A DNA stretch of 64,000 nucleotides from an uncultured Thermococci archaeon (GCA_964500005.1 CAZCMP010000005.1:77075-141074); one strand, 5' to 3'; shown: positions 1 to 10,119, counted from the first letter of the stretch. Notes: a model not told the origin generated them from the sequence alone. Numbers and translations are program-made.

Positions 1-1
1 T

Positions 2-931
2 GGAGTTTATTATATTTCTAAAATACCGGAGCCAGGAATGTTATTGAAAGCAGAAAGTAATATCCTAAAACTTTTTTCTCAGCCTCTAAGAGATGCAAAT
101 TATAGGAATCTAATAAAATTTTTAGGATCATGGAATTTTGCAGTTAATTTGGCCGCACCTTTCTTTACCGTATATATGTTAAAGAGATTAGACCTGAATA
201 TGTCTATTATTATAATATTTATGGTACTAGGACAGTTGATGACATTTATCTTTCTACATTTTTGGGGGGAAATATCCGATAAATTTAGTAATAAATCTGT
301 ATTGCAATTTTGTGGGCCTCTTTTTATTCTAAGTATACTCGGTTGGACTTTTACAACATTACCGGAAAAATACTTCCTAACAATTCCATTATTGGTAATA
401 GTTCATGCAACTATGGGGGTATCTGCAGCTGGAGTTTCCTTAGCTTCTGGAAATATCACTTTGAAATTAGTACCAGAAGGTAATTCCACTGCATATCTTG
501 CACTTTCAAGCATAATAAATTCTATAACTGCGGCCATAGCCCCAATAATTGGTGGTTTATTTGCCGATTTCTTTGAAAAGAGAGAATTGGCATTAACTCT
601 TGAATGGATATCCCCTGAAAACACACTATTATTTGAAACGTTTAATCTAAAATCTTGGGATTTCTTTTTTTTCTTAGCTTTTTTAATTGGGCTGTATTCA
701 TTACACAGCTTAGCAGTTGTAAAAGAAGGTGAAGAAACAGGCAAAAAAATTATTTTTAATGAATTATTTTTAGAAGCGAGACATGGCATTAGAGGATTTT
801 CCAATATAGGAGGGGGATTAAGATATATGATTCAATTCCCATTTTCAACATTATTACTAGTTAGAAATAACGATTTTATAAAAAGAAGACTCGTGAAAAG
901 AATTAGATTAAAAAAAATCTATAGGTATTAA
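2..931 (+). CDS. MFS-type transporter, C-terminal part (5' end truncated by window edge)
   Basis: The frame is open to the window start. The product is multi-TM and hydrophobic with MFS-like loop motifs. The first in-frame ATG is at 38. Confidence 0.55.
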   Translation, partial: GVYYISKIPEPGMLLKAESNILKLFSQPLRDANYRNLIKFLGSWNFAVNLAAPFFTVYMLKRLDLNMSIIIIFMVLGQLMTFIFLHFWGEISDKFSNKSVLQFCGPLFILSILGWTFTTLPEKYFLTIPLLVIVHATMGVSAAGVSLASGNITLKLVPEGNSTAYLALSSIINSITAAIAPIIGGLFADFFEKRELALTLEWISPENTLLFETFNLKSWDFFFFLAFLIGLYSLHSLAVVKEGEETGKKIIFNELFLEARHGIRGFSNIGGGLRYMIQFPFSTLLLVRNNDFIKRRLVKRIRLKKIYRY

Positions 932-981
932 GAATAGTCAAAAAACTAATAAATTGATATATTCTATTTAATTAAGGTATA

Positions 982-2280
982 ATGGTTTTCAAACTTTATG
1001 ATATTAGAGGGGTATACCCTAATGAGATAGATGAAAAATTTGCATACAGCTTAGGCAGAACGTTAGGTAAAATATATAAAAAAATCCTTTTTGGAATTGA
1101 TTCTAGGATTAGCTCTGAAAAGTTTAAAGATCCATTCTTAACAGGAGTCTTAAACAGTGATGCGGACATAGTTTATGCCGGAATCATATCTACACCTTTG
1201 ATGTATTTTTTGACTAAAAATAGATATGATCTTGGAGTAAGCGCAACAGCTTCTCACAATCCAAAAGAATTTGGAGGATTTAAAATGTGTGATAAAGATG
1301 GTATGCCTCTTTCTCCAATAAATGAAGTAAAACCATTTTTTAAAGAATACGAAATACCTCTAAAACTAGAGAAAGCTAAAAATTACTATCAAAATCTTGG
1401 AAAGGAATATAGAGATTTTTATCTAAAAATATTTAAGGATGTTAACTCAAATATTGGTATAGTGGTTGATTTTTCTAATGGTGCAACAATCCATGAAAAG
1501 AAAGTTATCGAAGATATTTTTTTAGATAAGAATTTCTTGTCTGAAAAACCAGATGGAAATTTTCCAGATCATTTGCCCAATACAATGACAGAAGACAATT
1601 TAAGAAATCTGATGTCTAAGGTAAAAGAAAAGAAAGCAAATATCGGAATCATCTTTGACGGGGATGGCGATAGACTTGGAATAGTAGACGAAAAGGGGAA
1701 TCCTATCAAGGGCGACATTTTAACAGCAATGATTGCAAATCAAATACTAAATGAGAAAAAAGGAACTATAATTTATGATTTACGCTGTAGCAAAGTAGTC
1801 CCTGAAACTGTCATTGAACAAGGTGGAAAACCGATTAAATCACGGGTAGGTCATTATTTCATAAAAAAATTAATGAGAGAAAAAGATGCCATTTTTGCTG
1901 GCGAGTTATCAAATCATTTTTACTTTAAAGAAGCTGGAGGATTTGAAGCCCCTTTATTAGCATTATTTTACATTTTCAAAGAGCTAGAGGATAAAAAACT
2001 AAGTGAAATATCTAAAAGATACCAAAAATATTACCAAAGCGGAGAGATGAACTTTGAAGTTGATAATAAAGAAAAAATAATGAATTCTATTTTACTTAAT
2101 TATAAGGATGCCAAAGTCGAAACTATTGACGGGATTTCAATTTACTATGAGGATTGGTGGGCTAATATAAGGCCTTCTAATACTGAAGCATTGCTTAGGA
2201 TTAATATAGAGTCTTCTAAAAAAAATATATTAGAAGAGAAAATCAAAGAAATTAACTCAATTGTAGAAAATAATATTTAA
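982..2280 (+). CDS. phosphoglucomutase/phosphomannomutase (alpha-D-phosphohexomutase family)
   Basis: The active-site Ser loop SATASHNP and the metal loop FDGDGDRLG are present. Confidence 0.8.
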   Translation: MVFKLYDIRGVYPNEIDEKFAYSLGRTLGKIYKKILFGIDSRISSEKFKDPFLTGVLNSDADIVYAGIISTPLMYFLTKNRYDLGVSATASHNPKEFGGFKMCDKDGMPLSPINEVKPFFKEYEIPLKLEKAKNYYQNLGKEYRDFYLKIFKDVNSNIGIVVDFSNGATIHEKKVIEDIFLDKNFLSEKPDGNFPDHLPNTMTEDNLRNLMSKVKEKKANIGIIFDGDGDRLGIVDEKGNPIKGDILTAMIANQILNEKKGTIIYDLRCSKVVPETVIEQGGKPIKSRVGHYFIKKLMREKDAIFAGELSNHFYFKEAGGFEAPLLALFYIFKELEDKKLSEISKRYQKYYQSGEMNFEVDNKEKIMNSILLNYKDAKVETIDGISIYYEDWWANIRPSNTEALLRINIESSKKNILEEKIKEINSIVENNI

Positions 2281-2295
2281 TATTGTGGTGTGTTT

Positions 2296-3618
2296 ATGTC
2301 AGATTTACCTGAAAATGGGATAATTTATAGCAAGGAAAAAAACATTACCCCTCTAAAAATTCCATCGATAGCCGAATATAGTAAAGTTGTTGGTAAAGAA
2401 AAAATAGATAAAATTAAAGAGATAAGTGAAGAACTAGACGGCATTAGATTGCTTGAACTAAATTCCACTGCTTATGGAGGGGGGGTAGCAGAGATGCTAA
2501 AATCTTCAGTTCCATTTCTAAATGAACTAGGCATACATGACGATTGGAGGGTAATGCAAGGTACAACTGAATTCTTTGCAGTCACAAAATCAATGCACAA
2601 TTTGTTGCAAGGTAAAAAACAGAATTTTACAAAAGAAATGCATGATATTTATATTAATTGTACTAAAAGAAATGCTGATGCAAATATCATTGGCGAAAAT
2701 TACGATATTATTACTATTCATGACCCTCAGCCACTTGGATTAGCTAGCTATCTTAAGAAAAAAAATGAAAAATGGCTTTGGCGGTGCCATATTGACCTAG
2801 ATGTTGAATTCTTTCAGAAAAATGAAAACATTCGAAGCTTGATAAGTAACTGGGCCCATTACTATGATGCTGCGATTTTTTCTAATGTTCAGTATATTGT
2901 TCCAGCTTGGGATTTTCCTAAGTTTATTACGCCCCCTTATATAGATCCTTTATCTGAAAAAAATAGAGACCTAAAAGAAGATTTTATAGATAAGACTTTA
3001 GAAAAACGTGGAATTAATAAAGAAAACCCTATCATCCTTCAAGTCAGCAGATTCGATAAATGGAAAGATCCTTTAGGCTTAGTAAAAATCTATAAAAATG
3101 TAAAACAAAAGGAAGATTGCCAATTAATATTAGTGGGTAGTATGGCATCTGATGACCCTGAAGGTATAGGAGTATTAGAAGAAGTACAGAAAAAGGCCAA
3201 TAGAGATAAGGACATCCATATTCTCACAAATTTGACTGATTTAGAGGTAAATGCATTCCAGCGTGCTGCTACAATCATATCCCAAAATTCAATCAAGGAA
3301 GGTTTTGGATTGACAGTTACCGAGGCTTTATGGAAAGCTAAACCTGTTGTAGGTAGACCTGTAGGCGGTTTAACATTACAGATAGTTCCAGGAAAAAATG
3401 GATTTTTAATTCACAATGACGATACAAGGACTGAAACAATAATATGGCTTCTTCGAAATCCAAAAAAACGAGAGAATGTTGGAAAAGAAGGTAAGAAATA
3501 TGTAAGAGAACATTTCTTGATGCCGGGCAGAGTATTAGATTTCTTACTGTCATTAAAGACTATAGGCAATGTTCCCAAGGAGAGTATAATAAGTTTTCAT
3601 CCATGGTATGAACTTTAA
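2296..3618 (+). CDS. treT: trehalose glycosyltransferring synthase TreT (GT4)
   Basis: Motifs NSTAYGGGVAEML, WRCHIDL, IDPLSEKN, QVSRFDKWKDPLG, VGSMASDDPEG and NAFQRA..EGFGLTVTEALWK match Pyrococcus/Thermococcus TreT as I recall it. The track start at 2290 is GTG, so I use the ATG at 2296, which follows GGTG. Confidence 0.75.
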   Translation: MSDLPENGIIYSKEKNITPLKIPSIAEYSKVVGKEKIDKIKEISEELDGIRLLELNSTAYGGGVAEMLKSSVPFLNELGIHDDWRVMQGTTEFFAVTKSMHNLLQGKKQNFTKEMHDIYINCTKRNADANIIGENYDIITIHDPQPLGLASYLKKKNEKWLWRCHIDLDVEFFQKNENIRSLISNWAHYYDAAIFSNVQYIVPAWDFPKFITPPYIDPLSEKNRDLKEDFIDKTLEKRGINKENPIILQVSRFDKWKDPLGLVKIYKNVKQKEDCQLILVGSMASDDPEGIGVLEEVQKKANRDKDIHILTNLTDLEVNAFQRAATIISQNSIKEGFGLTVTEALWKAKPVVGRPVGGLTLQIVPGKNGFLIHNDDTRTETIIWLLRNPKKRENVGKEGKKYVREHFLMPGRVLDFLLSLKTIGNVPKESIISFHPWYEL

Positions 3619-3772
3619 ATACTTACTTATCCAAGTAAATAAAAAGAAAATTAAAAAATATTTTCGTTCAATTTAAATAAAAATTCTTTTAATTTTACAA
3701 AAGGACTCGATTTATTCTCTTTTTTCAATTCAAAACGAAAATCTTATTTATTTGTTTTTACATAATTATATT

Positions 3773-4798
3773 ATGAAAGCAATAATACTGGCAGGAGGGT
3801 ATGCAACAAGACTTTGGCCAATTACAAGAGAAAGGTCAAAGGTCTTCCTTCCTATAGGAAAAAAAACTATATTAGATTTTGTCTATGAAAAAGTAAAAAA
3901 GTTGAATATTCCTATTATCGTTTCAACAAACGAATTTTTTGAAGAAGATTTCATAGAATGGGCAAAAGATAAGGACGTGAAATTGGCAATAGAAAAGACA
4001 ATCAAGGAAGAAGAGAAACTAGGCGCCGTCAGAGCCTTAGCCCAGTTGGCCAAAGATATAGACGATGAACTTTTTATTATAGCAGGGGATAATTTATTCA
4101 CCTTTGAACTAACAGACTTCTTAGGATACTACAACGATGTCAATGCACCGGTGACAGCTTTGTATGACGTTAAAAGCATGGATCTTGCAAAAAGATACGG
4201 CATTGCAGAGTTAGAAGGCGATAGGATAATAAGATTTCATGAAAAATCTGAAACCCCACCTACTACGATGGCAGGCATAGCTATGTATATATTGCCTAAG
4301 GATTCGGTCAAAATTCTATTAAACTATGTAAAGGAAAATAAAAAAGTAGATAATCTAGGAGATTTTGTAAGTTTTTTATCGGAGAAAACTAATGTTTTTG
4401 GCTATTCTTTTTCAGAAGGCTCATGGCACGATATTGGATCTCCGGATTCTTACATAGACTCACTTAAAACATATATGGAAACATATATCGGAGATTGTGA
4501 AACATCTTATAGTTGCAAGTATAGTTGTAAAATTATCGAGCCAGTCGTAATAGAGGATAAATCAGTAATTAAAGGAAAATCAGTTATAGGCCCTTACACA
4601 TATATAGGAAAAGGATGCGAAATAGATGAATCAAGTATTACTAATTCAGTTATATTTGACAACACTAGTATAACAAAATCATTTTTAGACAAGAGCCTCG
4701 TTGACTCAAAATGCAAATTATTTGGGATAAAGATAAGTAATTCAGCAATCGGCGCTTACTCCAAAATTAATAAAATATTAAAAATTTGTAGTTTTTGA
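3773..4798 (+). CDS. sugar-1-phosphate nucleotidyltransferase (NDP-glucose pyrophosphorylase) with C-terminal left-handed beta-helix domain
   Basis: The N-terminus MKAIILAGGYATRLWPIT is the G-x-G-T-R nucleotidyltransferase signature. The C-terminal third has hexapeptide-like repeats. The likely start is the ATG at 3773, not the 3752 in the track. Confidence 0.75.
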   Translation: MKAIILAGGYATRLWPITRERSKVFLPIGKKTILDFVYEKVKKLNIPIIVSTNEFFEEDFIEWAKDKDVKLAIEKTIKEEEKLGAVRALAQLAKDIDDELFIIAGDNLFTFELTDFLGYYNDVNAPVTALYDVKSMDLAKRYGIAELEGDRIIRFHEKSETPPTTMAGIAMYILPKDSVKILLNYVKENKKVDNLGDFVSFLSEKTNVFGYSFSEGSWHDIGSPDSYIDSLKTYMETYIGDCETSYSCKYSCKIIEPVVIEDKSVIKGKSVIGPYTYIGKGCEIDESSITNSVIFDNTSITKSFLDKSLVDSKCKLFGIKISNSAIGAYSKINKILKICSF

Positions 4799-6508
4799 AT
4801 AGTATTCTATTGCTTTATTCATATAATCTTTTTCAAGTATCCCTGGTAAAGTAGAAGTTTCGAATATTCTATTGGGTAATCTAAGGGATTTTATGTCAAA
4901 TCCCATCTTTTTCTTAATCTTAACTTTTTCAAGATATATTCTCTCTCCGATATCGATAATTTCATCTTTACTAAATTCCATCCCTAGCGGTTTAAAAGCT
5001 TCAACTACTATTTCTGGGGTATAGACATTTCTAGCGAAAAAACATATGACTAAACTTGAGAGAACTTGTCTCCACTTCTCTTCTTCTAAAAGTTCATCGA
5101 TTAACTCTTTGTAACCTATTTCTTTCTTCTTTTGATCAATCGAATACCCAGCATTATCAAGATGACTATGACGTAAACCTATTAGGGTACCTAGATGACA
5201 CCCATAGCCTGTGTGGTACCCAGGCATTTCATTGTTACCAAAAGCCATTGCATAGTCCTTCCCCCCATAAACATCTGAGGCCTTTTCAACGCCTTCAGCG
5301 AGATTTTTGTAAAATTCAGTGGGTTGTTTAACTAAATATTCTATGCCTTTTTCATATTTTTTGTAGTCGCTAAAATCAAAATCTAGAAGTGTATCCTTAT
5401 TAGTAATTAGGCCTTTTTGTAAAGCTTCTGTAGCCCAAGCCAAACAAACTCCGGTGCTTATTGCATCTATGGCATATGCTTCAGCTTTATGGATTAGTTT
5501 TAATAAACCTTTAGCAGATAATATCCCTAACATAGAACCCAAAGAATATATCAATTCGTAATCATAAGATATCATCAAAGTTTTAAAGAAGTAATCTGCA
5601 TTCTCATAAGGCTCTCTTAAAGATGCTATATGTATACATGCTGTGGGACAGTGATTACAGGCAACACGCCTACCGAGATACATTTCCCCTATAGTCTCAC
5701 CACTTATATTCTTCCCATATTCAAACTTTGTAGATTGGAGATTCTTTGTGGGTAGTCCACCAATTTCATTTAATGTCATAATATTAACAGATGTTCCTAT
5801 AAGGTGGTATTTTTTCATAGCATCAGATTCTGTGGCTATTTTGAATATTTTATTATAAATTTCTCTGAAACTCTTGGCATCTTCGGGCATTTTGCTACTC
5901 CGGCCTCTAACCATAACTGCCTTGAGATTCTTTGATCCAAAAACAGCACCCAGACCCAATCTTCCAAAATGTCTGTAAGTCTCAGTAGTAACTGAAGCAT
6001 ATCTAACTAGTTTTTCACCGGCACCTCCAATTGCCATGACAGTTCTCATACCTTTTCCTTCTTCTCTTTCGGCTATTATTCTACCAGTAATCCTAGAATC
6101 TTCAATACCCCAAATAACCCTGGCATCTCTAAAGAATACTTTTCCGTCTTCAATTACAAGATAAACTGGATTTTTGCTAACGCCTTTTATAACAATTGCA
6201 CCATATCCTGCATATGCTATACTTGTTGCAGTTCTTCCCCCAGCGTGGCTTTCTCCCCACTCACCTGTAAGAGGGCTTTTGAAAAGAGCTACCGTCTTAG
6301 TAGCTAAAGGATAAGCGGGAGTAAAAGGTCCAATACTAAAGATAATTACATTATCTTTACTTAGTGGATCTACGGATGGATTTAACTCCTCTTTCAGTAG
6401 TTGTGTACCTAAGCCTACACCGCCAATCCATTCTTTAAATAAATCTTCTCTCTCTTCTATAGTATAACTATTATTTGATAAATCAATAATTAGGACTCTA
6501 TTATTCAA
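4778..6508 (-). CDS. aor: aldehyde:ferredoxin oxidoreductase family tungstoenzyme
   Basis: The N-terminus aligns to the AFOR_N domain. It has the 4Fe-4S ligands CNHCPTAC and a conserved AOR C-domain. It starts at a TTG that overlaps the upstream ferredoxin stop in the sequence TTGA. Confidence 0.8.
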   Translation of the reverse strand: MNNRVLIIDLSNNSYTIEEREDLFKEWIGGVGLGTQLLKEELNPSVDPLSKDNVIIFSIGPFTPAYPLATKTVALFKSPLTGEWGESHAGGRTATSIAYAGYGAIVIKGVSKNPVYLVIEDGKVFFRDARVIWGIEDSRITGRIIAEREEGKGMRTVMAIGGAGEKLVRYASVTTETYRHFGRLGLGAVFGSKNLKAVMVRGRSSKMPEDAKSFREIYNKIFKIATESDAMKKYHLIGTSVNIMTLNEIGGLPTKNLQSTKFEYGKNISGETIGEMYLGRRVACNHCPTACIHIASLREPYENADYFFKTLMISYDYELIYSLGSMLGILSAKGLLKLIHKAEAYAIDAISTGVCLAWATEALQKGLITNKDTLLDFDFSDYKKYEKGIEYLVKQPTEFYKNLAEGVEKASDVYGGKDYAMAFGNNEMPGYHTGYGCHLGTLIGLRHSHLDNAGYSIDQKKKEIGYKELIDELLEEEKWRQVLSSLVICFFARNVYTPEIVVEAFKPLGMEFSKDEIIDIGERIYLEKVKIKKKMGFDIKSLRLPNRIFETSTLPGILEKDYMNKAIEYYSKTTNF

Positions 6509-6861
6509 TCGTTCACCTCCACAAAAGCAAGAACATCATGAGGACAGAATTGAACGCAATACCCACAGTGAATACAAACTGCAGGCTTACCATTTTCCCT
6601 TTCAAATATAGCCCCTATTGAGCATGCTTTCATACAGTTTTGGCAAGCTATACATTTATCTTCAATAAACATCACTCCGCCACCTTTCCGTGGAACTAAC
6701 GCACCAGTAGGGCATACTTCAACGCAGGGTGGCTCTTTACAGGCTCTACAAAATATAATTGTCGCCCCCATCTCAAATCCACTTAGGCTTACTGCTAAGA
6801 TTCCGGACGAGTTTATCCCTATCTCAGGTTTTTTGGGATTTTTTCTAGCACATGCAAACAT
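6505..6861 (-). CDS. 4Fe-4S poly-ferredoxin, putative AOR electron-transfer subunit (N-terminus probably extends to 6927)
   Basis: It carries three cluster motifs: CxxCx4Cx3CP, CxxCxxCx3C and CxxCxxCx3CP. A fourth motif, CVGCSLCMFAC, lies in frame upstream of the annotated ATG (see findings). Confidence 0.7.
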   Translation of the reverse strand: MFACARKNPKKPEIGINSSGILAVSLSGFEMGATIIFCRACKEPPCVEVCPTGALVPRKGGGVMFIEDKCIACQNCMKACSIGAIFERENGKPAVCIHCGYCVQFCPHDVLAFVEVND

Positions 6862-6927
6862 GCATAGGCTGCATCCAACACATTTTTCTATATCTTTAAT
6901 TTGTAGTTGTTTTAATTTACCAACTCC

Positions 6928-8247
6928 TTATAATTCATTTTCTAATATTCTTCTAGTTTCAATTTTGTATTCCTCAACGTTTGGTTGATTAAATGGATTT
7001 ATTCCTAATAAATACCCCAAAAGCATTGTTTCAATCATCATAAATTGTAAAAACTGGCCTATAGAATATTCCGATTTATCAAGCATATGAATCTCTGTAA
7101 AAGGTCTTTTTCGGGCTCTGTAAGCTTTTATAACTCCTTTGTATATAGCCCTCATTATTGTCTGTAATCTTTTTCCAGATATCTCTTTAACTAATTCAGA
7201 GTATTCTCCATTTTCAGACACCTTAACAATATTCTTATTTTTCTTTATTTTGACAAAAGTTGTGAATTTGTCGGCGGGTCCACCCAGATACAACTGTGCC
7301 ATTGAATGAAGGTCAGTTGAGCCTATAGAGATCGTGGGAGTTATGCCTACATTTACGCGCTCTTTTTTTAAATTATACTCTTTTCCTATACTCTCTCCTA
7401 TCAACTGTTTGTACCATTTCCCTAAAGATTCTAAGTCTGGACTAAATATGAATAAATTATGAATATTTTTTCCTCTTTTGTAATGGATGTACTTAAGCGA
7501 AGCACTAATTACTGCAGGATTATCCTTTACTTCAGTATTCAAACATTTCTTGATGATTTCTTTTGCTCCTTTCAATAATTCGGTAATATCAATTTCTATT
7601 AATCCTAGGGGAAATAAGCCTACAGCCGATAAAATAGAATATCTTCCGACTACCTTTTTTGGAATAGGCAGGGTATCAAATCTTTCTTTTTGAGCCAAAT
7701 TCCAAAATTTTGAACCTTCATCTGATGTTACAATTATATACTCTCTGTAGTCTTTTTTGTATTTCTTCAATAATTCAACTAAAATCTCAAAATTTGCAAT
7801 AGTTTCTGTAGTGCTTCCAGATTTACTTATTCCATTAAGTATTATATTTCCTCCATTCTTTAAAACTGGTTCAATTATTTCTATTATATTATTAATCAGG
7901 TCAGAATCAACAGTATCTGCATAAAGTATTTTTGTATTTGGATTTAATTCGTTGTATAATCTCCCATATATGGCTTCTTGAACAGCAATCGTTCCTAGAT
8001 TACTTCCACCAATACCTATTACCACTATATATGAAGGATTCAATTTCTTTTTTTCATTTATTAATTTTTTGATATTTTCGACATATTCTAAATCGTATGG
8101 AAGATTAATAACTGATTCATGCACTTCATAATGTTTTTCCTCTATGTCTGTTAACTTTTCTATTTTTTCTGTTAATTTCTTAGCTACAGCCATCAAATCT
8201 AAATCTAATACCATGCTATCTTTAAAATCAAATTTTAATTCATTCAT
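6928..8247 (-). CDS. pgi: glucose-6-phosphate isomerase
   Basis: PGI family motifs are present: GIGGSNLG, GRYSILSAVG and the sugar-isomerase domain. Confidence 0.85.
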   Translation of the reverse strand: MNELKFDFKDSMVLDLDLMAVAKKLTEKIEKLTDIEEKHYEVHESVINLPYDLEYVENIKKLINEKKKLNPSYIVVIGIGGSNLGTIAVQEAIYGRLYNELNPNTKILYADTVDSDLINNIIEIIEPVLKNGGNIILNGISKSGSTTETIANFEILVELLKKYKKDYREYIIVTSDEGSKFWNLAQKERFDTLPIPKKVVGRYSILSAVGLFPLGLIEIDITELLKGAKEIIKKCLNTEVKDNPAVISASLKYIHYKRGKNIHNLFIFSPDLESLGKWYKQLIGESIGKEYNLKKERVNVGITPTISIGSTDLHSMAQLYLGGPADKFTTFVKIKKNKNIVKVSENGEYSELVKEISGKRLQTIMRAIYKGVIKAYRARKRPFTEIHMLDKSEYSIGQFLQFMMIETMLLGYLLGINPFNQPNVEEYKIETRRILENEL

Positions 8248-8255
8248 TTTAACAC

Positions 8256-9224
8256 TTATTTTATTTTAATAATTTTATGAGGATATTCACTGATTTTAGA
8301 ATTGATCTCCTCTATATCCAAAAATTTATTTTTTGCACCCAAGTATTGAATTACAGATTCGGCTTCAGTTGCCCCATATTCTAAGGCAATTTTGATATTT
8401 TTAGATTTCATGAAACCTGTAAGAAATCCTGCACCAAAACTATCTCCCGCCCCAGTAGTTTCTTTTACATTTACCTCGTTTGGTATAATCATATGTCCTT
8501 CTTTGTTTGTAAATGTATAAGCTCCATGATCGCCATCAGTTATTATTGCTATTTCTGGCCCATAACTAAGTAAATTATCTGCCATAAGTCTTGGATCAGT
8601 ATGGCCAGTAATCATTTTGGCTTCTTCAAAATTTACGCAAACTATATTAGAATTGTTAAGTATTTTTTCAAACTTTTCTATTCCTTTTCTTATTAAATAA
8701 GAACTAGGATTATACATTATCCCAATATTATTTTCATTTGCATATTTTGATATTTTTATCTGGGTGTCTAGTGAATCTTCAAGCATTGTACAAAGATAAA
8801 ACCATTTGGTGTTTAATCTTGATAAGTTAATTTCATTAAATCTAAGTTTATCATTTTTATCTTTTAAGGTAAGGATTGTCCTGTCCCTTCCTTTCGCATC
8901 CAGAATTACAGAATAATCTGAGAGGCCTTCTTCTTGTATCAATAAAGATGTATCACATTGAATAGAGTTTAGATATTTCAATATTTTATCTGCATTGTGA
9001 TCATCGCCTATTTTTCCCAATAATGCAACTTTCAATCCAAATGTTGCAAATGCTCCAGCAGTATTTGTTCCGCCACCTCCAATTTCAAAATTCATTGATT
9101 TAACAAGGATCTTGCTCCCATATGGTACGGATAATTGTCCATCTTTAGTTATTCTAAATAGATCTTTTCCTGTGTCTACAAATAGATCTATAGTACAACT
9201 ACCCATGGTAATAACGTCATACAT
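8256..9224 (-). CDS. PfkB-family carbohydrate kinase, probable ATP-dependent 6-phosphofructokinase
   Basis: It has the GG dipeptide, GGGGTN and the C-terminal TGAGDSFGAGF anion hole. It sits between fba and pgi. A GGTGA SD precedes the ATG. Confidence 0.7.
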   Translation of the reverse strand: MYDVITMGSCTIDLFVDTGKDLFRITKDGQLSVPYGSKILVKSMNFEIGGGGTNTAGAFATFGLKVALLGKIGDDHNADKILKYLNSIQCDTSLLIQEEGLSDYSVILDAKGRDRTILTLKDKNDKLRFNEINLSRLNTKWFYLCTMLEDSLDTQIKISKYANENNIGIMYNPSSYLIRKGIEKFEKILNNSNIVCVNFEEAKMITGHTDPRLMADNLLSYGPEIAIITDGDHGAYTFTNKEGHMIIPNEVNVKETTGAGDSFGAGFLTGFMKSKNIKIALEYGATEAESVIQYLGAKNKFLDIEEINSKISEYPHKIIKIK

Positions 9225-9228
9225 TTTT

Positions 9229-10119
9229 TCACCTTGGGTATTCTTTCATGATGTCTCTAATTTTCTCATTGATTTTCCAGGAATCTTCTCTACTTCTTTG
9301 CCAAATATTTCTTCCAAAAATTATTCCAGTGGCGCCAGCTTCCATGGAAAGTTTAACTTTATTTAAAAGATCTTCATCTCCTAGTTTTGATCCTCCAGAT
9401 ACGAGAACCATCGTATTGCCTGCAGACTTTACTACTTTTTTAATAGCTTCTTCTGGAGACAAATCTAGTTGATTATATGGTTCCGGATACAAATCCATTT
9501 TCGAATTGTCGATAATAGGAAAATTAATCTTTATAATATCTGCGCCCAATTCACACCCTACACGCGCAGCATAGTCTACAGCGTATAGAGATTCTTTTCC
9601 TCCCTTTGCTTCAATGGCCTTTCCTCTTGGATAAGACCAAACTATTATTGGCAGCCCATATCTATCTGCTTCTCTTTTTACTTTTCTAAATTGTTCAATA
9701 TCTTCCTTTTGATTGGGAGTCCCAACATATAAAGTATATCCAACGGCATCTGCACCTAGTCTAATAGCATCTTCTAAACTAGCGGTCAATGGAGAAACTG
9801 GAGCATCGTCTTCTGGTATTGAAGTTTTTCCGTTTAATTTTAAAACTAGAGGTATGATGCCCGCATATTTTTTCATATATTTTTCTGCAAGTCCAATATG
9901 CATTACAATGCCTGATACTCCAAGACTTATAGCCAGATTTAGAACGTATTCAGGATCCAGACTTCCGGGATTTGAAAAGAAGTCTCGTGGCCCATGTTCT
10001 AAACCATGATCAATGGGCAATAGATTCAATGTTCCATTTCTTAATCCATGGCTGTATAATAATCTATACAATCTAACTCTTTTTCCTAAAGCTAGGTCCA
10101 AATTACTTAAAATATCCAT
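9229..10119 (-). CDS. fba: class I fructose-bisphosphate aldolase (archaeal DhnA/FbaB type)
   Basis: Motifs LPIDHGLEHGP and GADAVGYTLYVG...IIKINFP match the archaeal class IA aldolase. The track start at 10140 is TTG. The ATG at 10119 follows GGAGGT. Confidence 0.8.
   Translation of the reverse strand: MDILSNLDLALGKRVRLYRLLYSHGLRNGTLNLLPIDHGLEHGPRDFFSNPGSLDPEYVLNLAISLGVSGIVMHIGLAEKYMKKYAGIIPLVLKLNGKTSIPEDDAPVSPLTASLEDAIRLGADAVGYTLYVGTPNQKEDIEQFRKVKREADRYGLPIIVWSYPRGKAIEAKGGKESLYAVDYAARVGCELGADIIKINFPIIDNSKMDLYPEPYNQLDLSPEEAIKKVVKSAGNTMVLVSGGSKLGDEDLLNKVKLSMEAGATGIIFGRNIWQRSREDSWKINEKIRDIMKEYPR

Noticed and set aside
403-804. Opposite-strand or nested ORFs lie within confident genes. Examples are 403-804, 3090-3296, 3338-3553, 3883-4101, 5056-5331, 12510-12917, 12948-13163, 13287-13517, 15103-15378, 35929-36237, 36466-36807, 53656-54009, 54728-55006 and 55278-55487.
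   Set aside because: They overlap genes with clear family signatures on the other strand or frame. They are typical AT-rich antisense artefacts.
6861-6930. A PGI-ferredoxin fusion protein made by reading through the single in-frame TAA stop.
   Set aside because: TAA is not a known recoded stop in archaea. A strong SD-like AAGGAG follows the stop, which favours separate initiation, possibly at a non-AUG codon. I report it under findings as a start-site anomaly, not as a fusion.
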